Position numbers and translations under genes: made by a program
NCBI GenBank assembly: GCA_018238545.1
Contig: JABCTC010000066.1
Coordinates: 1-13,902 of the forward strand
DNA from: Candidatus Heimdallarchaeota archaeon
Lineage (GTDB): Archaea > Asgardarchaeota > Heimdallarchaeia > Heimdallarchaeales > Heimdallarchaeaceae
Reading direction: 5' to 3'
Length of the DNA stretch: 13,902 nt
Notes under the pieces: model-generated
The model's input: the letters and a program-made list of their open reading frames with translations, nothing else
Database searches by the model: none
Told to the model about the DNA's origin: nothing
Part shown: positions 7,078 to 13,902 of the stretch, in pieces
Position numbering within the stretch: the stretch's first letter is position 1
Layout of the letters: every line of letters starts with the position of its first letter

Positions 7078-9974
7078 TCCTTTTCTTCTCCTATTTTTTT
7101 CATTTCTATGAGAGTATCATCATACTCTGTTACTAATGTAGAAACCCCAATATCCTCTTTCTTTGTACTATTCTCTCTCCTCCCAATTTCAATTGTTAAA
7201 AACTCTAAATCTGTGCCTTCCAAGTGTTTTAAACTATTAACACTTTCAGGAAAACGGTTAATTAGATTACCAAGATAATTGATTTCACTAATATTTTCTT
7301 CAATTTGTTCTACAATTTTTTCTTCATATTTTTCCCATCCCTTATGTCCTCCAATCATAGAGGCTAACTGAATAATTGTAGTTGGATTTTTTTGTAGAAA
7401 ACCATCAAGTTCAGATACCATGGGTTTCTGTTTGATTTTAGTTTTCTTTTCCACTTTTGATATTTTTGTTTTACCTGTTAATTCATTGTAATAATCTTCA
7501 TCATACCAAAGCTGCAGTGACTCTATTTCCTTGGTGGATCCTTTGTAGTATCGTTTAATTATCACTTCAATTCGTTTAATATATTCTCGTTTTAGCTCTG
7601 AAAAACTATCTATAAGCAAAGGCATCCATTGAAAAATAAGCTGATCATCTAATTTTCTGAAACACTGATCGAGGAGCTCTATTAAGATATTTACCGCATT
7701 GGGAGCAAAATTTGTAGCATATACTATTCCCGTGAGTAAATCTGATAAAGTTTGTATTGTGAGAGGATTCCAGAATGTTTTAGCAACCATTAGCTTTAAC
7801 TCTTCTTCTTTTTCTTGGTTTAACAGAGATTCTGCCGCTAAAACTACCGCTTTTTTGCCTAAAGGCAATTTTAATCTCTCTATTAACAGAAAAGCTACTT
7901 CAAGCTCATTTCTAGACGCACCTTGAGCAAGAGCTATGGATTCAACCTTAAAGACGAAATTAAAAATCGTTGCTATATTTTCAACTGAAATTGTGCTATC
8001 GTCTACCGCTGATGCAAGTTCTTGACAATATGCTCTATATGCAGATAAGATATAATTGTTAAACCATTGTGGTATGCCTGTTTTCTGTGATCTATAAAAA
8101 TTAAGGATCTCAATTGTCAAATTGTATAACTTCATAGGATCTTCAAAACGTAAATCGAAAGTGCTTGAAACAAGCATTTTTGTCAAATAATTTAAAGTAA
8201 TATCATCAATTTCAAGATAAGTTAAAACAGTCCTAATCGCATTGAGGACTTCAACAGGTTTACTTTCTTTGTCAATTTTTTTCACAATTCTATTTCTGAA
8301 AACCTCTTCTACAGTAATACCTTCTAAAGCTAATCTGATTAAGATATTTTGTTGTTTGTAAATATAAATATCCCATGATTCTTGGTTATCTTGGCTTCCA
8401 AGTTTTTTTTGTCCAACGATCGGAGTAACATTTACTTCAAGAAATTTCAATAACCATAACAAGTCTGATATTAACTGATATTGAGGTTCTTTCTTTAAAT
8501 CGTACAGAATGCGTTTTATTTTCTTATAAGTACTTGGAACCTTTAAGCTGGATAACCTATCCATAACGTCTTGTGCTAATGGAGGTAAAGCATGGTATCC
8601 TACCTTCCCTATTTTGTTAGAAAATAATATTTTTCCAACCATATCCTCAACTTTAGGAAGGTAAGGGTCATCTTTTTCTATACATGTAGTTGCTGCTTCG
8701 GTAAAATCAAATTTTGAGATGTAAGGTCTATTCTTTAATTCTTTTAATCTATAAGTTGTTCGGACTATTTCTATACTATCTGCTGGACTAGTTATATATC
8801 CTTCTTGTCTTGCTTTCTTAACAATATCAATAGACCATCGTACTAGTTGATCATGTTGGGCAATACTATAATTTTCTAATAAATCTGAAGGATTTTGAGG
8901 TTTGACTCTATACATTTTTGATTTTATTGCATCCCATCTAGCATCTATTTCTCCTGTCACTCCTGGAAGCTGTCCAAATTGCGCATCTACCATTAAAAAA
9001 TCAGATTGCATGACGCCATACTTCCAATTGCTAGTATCTAACGCTTCATTCTTACCTTTCTTGCCGTCTATACCCCATTCTTCAACCATTTTTATCGCGT
9101 GTGAAGCTCCACAAATAAGTACAGCATCAGCAGGCTGAATTTTTCTACTTCTAAGTGTGTTTTTTATTTTATTCCACATGAAAATATCTCTGTTCTTAGT
9201 GATTTTTTCAATATGGTCTTCAGCTCCTAACCTGCGAAAAACACCCCCTATCAGAATCATAATTTGGCGAAAATTCTCATAAGAAAGATCCAAAAGGGTG
9301 TTTTCTACTATATCTAACCACCATTCAGAAAAATGATGCACGTTTGCTTTAGATAGTAATATCTCCACAAACCCTTCTCTAGATGGATAAATATCTGCAG
9401 TTTTAAAGTGAATTTGATGACTATTCTTTCTTTCTTCTTCGGTTGTAAGCTCATTCTTAATTGTAGCATCTTGGAATTTTTGTTGCCAAATAATTCTCTG
9501 TTCACATGAAGCGTCAACAAAAACAATTTCTGTATCTTTATTCTCGGTTGCATATTTCATCGCTTGATATTCAGCTGAAGCTTCAGTGTTAACACAAAAA
9601 CTTGCAATAGGCAGATGTTCGTGAGCAATATTGCTAGATTTCTTAACATAGCCTTGAAAAGCTACAGGAAGAGTACAGTGTTTCAAATCTGGTAAAAGCT
9701 TCTGAAAATCTTCAGAAGCCTCAAGAAAAATAATCTTTGGCTTCTTTTCAGCTAATCTCATCCGTGTATGGATTGCTGAAGCCAAAGAATGATGCGATAC
9801 TGGTATAATTTCCAATTTTTCTTTTTGAAGAATTTCTATGTCTTTTGTTATTAGTGTAAGTATTTTTTGAAGATTTTCACCTTCTTCCTGAATCACATCT
9901 GAAAGGATATCAAATAGAGTATTGTTTCTAAGATCATCGTTGAATTTGGTTTCAAGAACTGGTTGGGTTATCAT
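7074..9974 (-). CDS. DUF5682 / YehM-like large protein
   Basis: N-terminal PVSHHS, IFLE, SAEYQAM, FVD, RDIFMW and ICGASHA, and later ARQEGYITSPADSIE, followed by a long helical-looking C-terminus. It lies directly downstream of a YehL-type ATPase. Confidence 0.8.
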   Translation of the reverse strand: MITQPVLETKFNDDLRNNTLFDILSDVIQEEGENLQKILTLITKDIEILQKEKLEIIPVSHHSLASAIHTRMRLAEKKPKIIFLEASEDFQKLLPDLKHCTLPVAFQGYVKKSSNIAHEHLPIASFCVNTEASAEYQAMKYATENKDTEIVFVDASCEQRIIWQQKFQDATIKNELTTEEERKNSHQIHFKTADIYPSREGFVEILLSKANVHHFSEWWLDIVENTLLDLSYENFRQIMILIGGVFRRLGAEDHIEKITKNRDIFMWNKIKNTLRSRKIQPADAVLICGASHAIKMVEEWGIDGKKGKNEALDTSNWKYGVMQSDFLMVDAQFGQLPGVTGEIDARWDAIKSKMYRVKPQNPSDLLENYSIAQHDQLVRWSIDIVKKARQEGYITSPADSIEIVRTTYRLKELKNRPYISKFDFTEAATTCIEKDDPYLPKVEDMVGKILFSNKIGKVGYHALPPLAQDVMDRLSSLKVPSTYKKIKRILYDLKKEPQYQLISDLLWLLKFLEVNVTPIVGQKKLGSQDNQESWDIYIYKQQNILIRLALEGITVEEVFRNRIVKKIDKESKPVEVLNAIRTVLTYLEIDDITLNYLTKMLVSSTFDLRFEDPMKLYNLTIEILNFYRSQKTGIPQWFNNYILSAYRAYCQELASAVDDSTISVENIATIFNFVFKVESIALAQGASRNELEVAFLLIERLKLPLGKKAVVLAAESLLNQEKEEELKLMVAKTFWNPLTIQTLSDLLTGIVYATNFAPNAVNILIELLDQCFRKLDDQLIFQWMPLLIDSFSELKREYIKRIEVIIKRYYKGSTKEIESLQLWYDEDYYNELTGKTKISKVEKKTKIKQKPMVSELDGFLQKNPTTIIQLASMIGGHKGWEKYEEKIVEQIEENISEINYLGNLINRFPESVNSLKHLEGTDLEFLTIEIGRRENSTKKEDIGVSTLVTEYDDTLIEMKKIGEEKE

Positions 9975-9989
9975 ATAATTAACCCTCTC

Positions 9990-11183
9990 TTAATGGAATG
10001 ATTTCATGGTTTTCTGACCTTCTATGTAATACTCTTTCCATTCCTTTGAAACTGTTTTATTCTTTTCAATTACTGAATGCCAGAATTTGTTCATAACAGT
10101 TAGATCTTCAGGTAACCTTCTTGTTAACCCTCCTATAAGCGATTGAGCTAAAGCTTCTTCAGGAGATGCTTCTTTAAAGAAAGCAACCTGTAATAACGTG
10201 TCCTCTAATATACCAATTTGTTCTGCGGTTGATAAGGACGATTCTAATCTGTCACTATCACTTCTAGAAGATAGACTTACAGCTCTTAACTCCTTAAAAG
10301 TCTCCAGTAATATATCCAGTAGTGAAGCTGGTATCTTCTTCGATAATCCCTTCTTCTCTAATAAATCTTGAATTCTGAATTCAATAATCTCTTTCTCTGT
10401 TTTTTGATCTGTAACAATTGGTATGGTAACAAAATTGAATCTTCGTTTAAGGGCAGAGGACAACTCATTAACTCCTTTATCCCTACTATTTGCAGTTGCA
10501 ATTACATTAAACCCTTCTTGAGCGTAAACAACATTGCTTTCTGATAATTCAGGAATCGCGATATACTTCTCTGAAAGAATTGATATCAAAGAATCTTGAA
10601 CATCTGAAGTACATCGTGTTAACTCTTCAAATCGCCCGATATTCCCTTTTACCATTGCAGTCATAATTGGTGAAGGAATCATAGTGTCTAGTGATTGTCC
10701 TTTTGCTATTACTGCTGCAATATTCCACGAGTATTTTATCTGATCTTCTGTTGTAGCAGCTGTTCCTTGAACAACTAAGGTAGACTTTTGACTAATTCCC
10801 GCCGCTAACAATTCTGCTAACCATGATTTACCTGTTCCAGGTTCACCTATTAGTAAAAGACCCCTGTCACTTGCTAGAGTAACGATAGCTCTTTCCACCA
10901 AATTTTGGTTACCATAAAACTTTTTCTCTATCTTTTTACTTAATTTATCTTTAGAAGAACTTCCTAAAACAAAAATTTTTAGCATGTGTGGAGACAAGAA
11001 CCAATTTTTGGGTTTGGTAAACTTATCTATAGAATGTAAAAATATTAATTCTTCTTTATACAATTGTTCGACTGAAGGTCGTAAAACAGTCTTGTCTTTC
11101 TTCTTTTTCTGACTGCCTGTTTTTTTTGTATTTGTAGCAGATTCTGAACTGGTTTTTTGTGCAGTTTTATTTTTTTCGCTCAA
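9990..11183 (-). CDS. MoxR-family AAA+ ATPase, YehL-like (AAA_5); TTG start
   Basis: Walker A GEPGTGKS, Walker B variant GRFEELTRC, sensor-1 IATAN and arginine finger SSALKRRF. It also carries YehL-type segments ERAIVTLASDRGLLL and QGTAATTEDQIKYSWN. AGGTGA RBS lies 6 nt upstream of the TTG. Confidence 0.93.
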   Translation of the reverse strand: MSEKNKTAQKTSSESATNTKKTGSQKKKKDKTVLRPSVEQLYKEELIFLHSIDKFTKPKNWFLSPHMLKIFVLGSSSKDKLSKKIEKKFYGNQNLVERAIVTLASDRGLLLIGEPGTGKSWLAELLAAGISQKSTLVVQGTAATTEDQIKYSWNIAAVIAKGQSLDTMIPSPIMTAMVKGNIGRFEELTRCTSDVQDSLISILSEKYIAIPELSESNVVYAQEGFNVIATANSRDKGVNELSSALKRRFNFVTIPIVTDQKTEKEIIEFRIQDLLEKKGLSKKIPASLLDILLETFKELRAVSLSSRSDSDRLESSLSTAEQIGILEDTLLQVAFFKEASPEEALAQSLIGGLTRRLPEDLTVMNKFWHSVIEKNKTVSKEWKEYYIEGQKTMKSFH

Positions 11184-11189
11184 TTTTAT

Positions 11190-11195
11190 TCACCT
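11190..11195 (-). promoter_or_regulatory. Shine-Dalgarno (AGGTGA) of the MoxR gene
   Basis: The minus strand reads AGGTGA-ATAAAA-TTG. Confidence 0.65.
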
Positions 11196-11227
11196 ATTTT
11201 CTATCCATTAATTGTAAATGATTAGGC

Positions 11228-11235
11228 TATATAAA
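11228..11235 (-). promoter_or_regulatory. Putative TATA box of the MoxR operon
   Basis: Minus-strand TTTATATA ends 45 nt before the start codon, which would give a leader of about 20 nt containing the RBS. Confidence 0.45.
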
Positions 11236-11501
11236 CGCCGTATAAATGGTTGTTATGACTTTAAATAGTGAAATAATTTTTCTTTGAAATATAATAAAAT
11301 CAAGTTTTTGCAGATGTTTTTAGATTAAAAAAGAATGATTGTCAAAGAATGTCGAATCTCTGTGATAAGGAAAAAAACTATCTATTAATTCATCCCCATC
11401 TTAGAGCAACTTTACTTAAACTTTAATTTTCTAAATAAGATTCTCCGTTTTGTTAAATAAGAACCTATTCAAAAAAGGAAGATGAGAATAACTTGAGAAA
11501 A

Positions 11502-12557
11502 ATGAAACACAAAACACTAAAAATAGCAACAGGATTTTTGTTTCTAATCTTACTTGTTTTGACACAGGTAAGTGCAGATGATCAAGACTTCTTTTATGAA
11601 GAAAATAGTAACCAAGTGACTTTCAAGTATTATGATTTGGAATTCATTGCTAAAGCAGGTGGAAGCGTACCAAAATTCCAATTCCTAACCGAGACTGGAT
11701 TTGAATTCTCTGAAGGCTTTTCATTTAATGTTCAGTTCAAATCTATAACTGAATATATGGATTACAATGAAGATGGTGCATTCCAAAACGATGAAACAGG
11801 ACTCTGGAAAGATACAACACCTTCTGGGTCTATATATTCAAACGTGCTTGCTCTATCAGCTGTAGACTTTAATTTCAGCGGTTTCAGAGTTGATTATATT
11901 GATATTGAAGGACAAACAGAAGTATCAGCAGTTCATTTCGATTATACTTCTACATCAGTTAGTGTTCCCAATTATACCAACTTCGAAATCATGCTAACTG
12001 TCCATATGTATCTAGCAAATCAAACCATTGATGGCTACGAGATTATGGGTGGAGCAGAGATGAAATTTGATATTACTATGAACAATTGGCCTTGGCAAAG
12101 AGAAGATTCTAACCTTGCTCTTAGATTTGATATCACACCAACAACTAATACTCATAGAATCAATGACACAAATGGTCTGTTAATAAACAATTATGAGAAT
12201 AGTACCGGAAGTGAATATAAGGTTCAAAGCCAAGATCAAGTTAAACAACAATTTGCTATTGGTGATGAACACTACCAAGCATTCTTTGCTTATGCTAACC
12301 AAGCCAAGTACAACATATCCAACACCTACCAGTATAGAACTGTTAACGCATCTTACTCCAGTGTCGGTGATGGAACAGTACAAACCTATCTTAGCTTTGA
12401 ACACTTTGATGAAGAAGTTGTTTATGATCCTTCAATTGGTTCATCAATTGGTCCTACCATAGAGACAGCAGAAACTGGTACTTTGGAACTTGTTACAATA
12501 AGTGCTGTTACTGTAGCAGTAGTCGCAATAATTGTTAGAAGAAAGAGACAACAATAG
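11502..12557 (+). CDS. Secreted, C-terminally membrane-anchored surface glycoprotein-like protein (ATG 11502; alternative TTG 11493)
   Basis: Signal peptide MKHKTLKIATGFLFLILLVLTQVSA-DD, then an acidic beta-rich ectodomain with sequons (NFS, NYT, NQT, NDT, NST, NIS, NAS), a Thr/Glu linker, a C-terminal TM helix and a basic tail RRKRQQ. Confidence 0.85.
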   Translation: MKHKTLKIATGFLFLILLVLTQVSADDQDFFYEENSNQVTFKYYDLEFIAKAGGSVPKFQFLTETGFEFSEGFSFNVQFKSITEYMDYNEDGAFQNDETGLWKDTTPSGSIYSNVLALSAVDFNFSGFRVDYIDIEGQTEVSAVHFDYTSTSVSVPNYTNFEIMLTVHMYLANQTIDGYEIMGGAEMKFDITMNNWPWQREDSNLALRFDITPTTNTHRINDTNGLLINNYENSTGSEYKVQSQDQVKQQFAIGDEHYQAFFAYANQAKYNISNTYQYRTVNASYSSVGDGTVQTYLSFEHFDEEVVYDPSIGSSIGPTIETAETGTLELVTISAVTVAVVAIIVRRKRQQ

Positions 12558-12559
12558 AA

Positions 12560-12592
12560 CTCTTCCTTCTTTTTCTTTTCTTTTTCCTTCTT
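12560..12592 (+). terminator. Pyrimidine/oligo-T tract, putative archaeal terminator
   Basis: Unbroken 33-nt C/T run just after the TAG stop, in a convergent intergenic gap. Confidence 0.5.
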
Positions 12593-12611
12593 AAACGATT
12601 TTTAAAACAAA

Positions 12612-13301
12612 TTACTTAACTGATTTTCTTAAAGCTGCAAGAGCATGTAATGTTGTCGTATCGAACACAGGTAAAGGACTATCTTCTTGTTTGATCAATA
12701 GAGGTATTTCTGTGCACCCCAAAATTACTCCTTCTGCTCCTTTGGATTTTAATCGTTTAATCACTTCAGAATAACCTTTTTTTGATTCTGATGTAAGAAC
12801 ATGATGTGTTAGCTCTTCCCAAATAACTGTATTAACATACTCTTGGTCTTCTTTGTTAGGTACAATTACTTCTATACCATATTTGCTCAAAGTTTTTTGA
12901 TAAAAATCTGATTGCATCGTGAATATTGTTCCAAGTAACCCTACTCTCGTTATCCCTCTCTCCTTTATTGCTTCTGCAGTTGCATCCATGATGCTTATCA
13001 TTGGTGTGTTGATTTCCACTACTAATTTCTCGAAAATCTTATGGATAGTGTTAGTTGCAATAATAATGATTTCCGCTCCAGCATCTTCCAAATTTCTGGC
13101 TGATTTAAGGATGATCTGATAAACCTTCTCCCAAGAATTTTCAACCATCAAATTTCTTACAACCTCTAAGTCTAGACTATCTATTATAAGTAAAGGAGAA
13201 GACGCGCCACCTTTTATCAAATTATATTCTTTAACTAGGATTTTGTAATATTCAATAGTAGATTCAGCGCTTAAACCACCAATGATCCCTATTTTTTTCA
13301 T
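12612..13301 (-). CDS. Aspartate/glutamate racemase family protein (YgeA/RacX-like, PLP-independent)
   Basis: MKKIGIIGGLS.EST..YY N-terminus, IATNTIH (T83), VGLLGT.FTM, VILGCTEIP (C196) and FDTTTLHA. Confidence 0.93.
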   Translation of the reverse strand: MKKIGIIGGLSAESTIEYYKILVKEYNLIKGGASSPLLIIDSLDLEVVRNLMVENSWEKVYQIILKSARNLEDAGAEIIIIATNTIHKIFEKLVVEINTPMISIMDATAEAIKERGITRVGLLGTIFTMQSDFYQKTLSKYGIEVIVPNKEDQEYVNTVIWEELTHHVLTSESKKGYSEVIKRLKSKGAEGVILGCTEIPLLIKQEDSPLPVFDTTTLHALAALRKSVK

Positions 13302-13406
13302 AGATATATAATTAAGAGTTCTTTATGATAAATTTTTGTCTTGTAGTCATATTAGCTACAATTGTATCAGTTTAAATGGATGGTTTAAAGCGAATATTAC
13401 GGGAGT

Positions 13407-13414
13407 TTTTATAA
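13407..13414 (+). promoter_or_regulatory. Putative TATA box of tnpB
   Basis: TTTTATAA ends about 22 nt before ATG 13436. Confidence 0.4.
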
Positions 13415-13435
13415 GAATCTCTAGGTCAACGAAGG

Positions 13436-13902
13436 ATGGCAAAGGTACTGCGTGCAGAACGTATAGAAGTGGAGTATCATCCCGCATTAAGCAGAATCTG
13501 TCATCAAGCAAAAAATCTCTATAATCGAGCAAATTTTCTGATAAAAACTTCTTTGAAACAAACAAACAAACTCCTCTTTTATAATGATCTCAACAAGTTG
13601 CTCAACCATGAAGGGTGTTATCGCGTTCTCCCTGCTCATGTTGCCCAACAAACTCTCAAACTTCTTTCTAGGACCTGGAAGAGCTATTTCCGAGCTAAAC
13701 AAGAGTGGAAGAGGAAACCTAATCTGTTCTTTGCCATGCCTAATCCCCCTAACTACAAGAAGAAGGATGGGGAAGTGGTAGCTATCTTCACCAATCAACA
13801 GGCGAAGATAGTCAATGGATTGATAGTGTTACCGAAGAAAGTGATATACACCTACAAGACAAGATTGACAGCTCAAGCAGAGTTAAGAGAAGTAAGAGTC
13901 AT
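13436..13902 (+). CDS. tnpB: RNA-guided endonuclease TnpB family protein (N-terminal 155 codons; runs off the right edge)
   Basis: My translation: MAKVLRAERIEVEYHPALSRICHQAKNLYNRANFLIK...YRVLPAHVAQQTLKLLSRTWKSYFRAKQEWKRKPNLFFAMPNPPNYKKKDGEVVAIFTNQQ...ELREVRV. The segments KNLYN.AN, LP...AQQ.LK....WKSYF, P.PP.YKKKDG and EVRV are characteristic of IS200/IS605 TnpB. RuvC motifs lie outside the window. Confidence 0.9.
   Translation, partial: MAKVLRAERIEVEYHPALSRICHQAKNLYNRANFLIKTSLKQTNKLLFYNDLNKLLNHEGCYRVLPAHVAQQTLKLLSRTWKSYFRAKQEWKRKPNLFFAMPNPPNYKKKDGEVVAIFTNQQAKIVNGLIVLPKKVIYTYKTRLTAQAELREVRV

Larger units (their letters stand above)
13340..13902 (+). mobile_element. Left part of a probable IS200/IS605-family element with no upstream tnpA (IS1341-like); left boundary uncertain
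   Basis: Only 134 nt separate the racemase start from tnpB, leaving no room for tnpA. An imperfect hairpin TTGTAG-TCATATTAG-CTACAA lies at 13341-13361. Confidence 0.5.

Noticed and set aside
10615-10640. Walker B reading RFEE instead of hhhhDE as a sign of an inactive ATPase
   Set aside because: As I recall, FEE.TR is the normal form in YehL-type MoxR proteins, and the catalytic Glu and other motifs are intact.
867-11183. Helicases and MoxR operon as a single functional system
   Set aside because: They are convergent, with separate promoters and a terminator-like junction. Nothing in the sequence links them beyond adjacency.
11482-11496. 4-codon uORF (ATG AGA ATA ACT TGA) before the surface-protein gene
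   Set aside because: Too short to distinguish from chance, with no supporting evidence.
1488-13119. Short ORFs nested in larger genes (1488, 3067, 4141, 4435, 6033, 6954, 7699, 8902, 9314, 12180, 12193, 12919)
   Set aside because: They are antisense or alternate-frame overlaps of well-supported CDSs and carry no recognisable motifs.
13336-13798. ORFs 13336..13524, 13356..13565, 13487..13798 and 13584..13781
   Set aside because: They are off-frame or antisense shadows of the tnpB frame starting at 13436.

Overview
AT-rich window that looks archaeal: TATA-like boxes lie about 22-27 nt upstream of several starts, two genes have GGTGA ribosome-binding sites, and genes end in oligo-pyrimidine tracts. 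The secreted glycoprotein-like genes suggest an Asgard/Heimdallarchaeia-like host, which is inference only. Left to right: (1) 5' part of a secreted, sequon-rich protein on the minus strand, missing from the ORF track; (2) two tandem paralogous DEAD-box RNA helicases, each preceded by the same promoter word and a conserved two-hairpin leader of about 120 nt, the second ending in a 30-bp tandem repeat encoding a K/R-SSSYGGS tail; (3) a five-gene minus-strand operon with three ATGA overlaps: YehL-type MoxR AAA+ ATPase, DUF5682/YehM-like protein with a TraB/Tiki-like motif set, small SWIM-like zinc-finger protein, 449-aa unknown protein and CoxE/YehP-type vWA protein; (4) a secreted, C-terminally anchored surface protein; (5) an Asp/Glu racemase with a Thr/Cys catalytic pair; (6) the 5' part of a TnpB gene with no upstream tnpA, also missing from the ORF track. 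The best candidates for novelty are the structured leader RNA shared by both helicases and the MoxR-vWA-SWIM-metallohydrolase operon.
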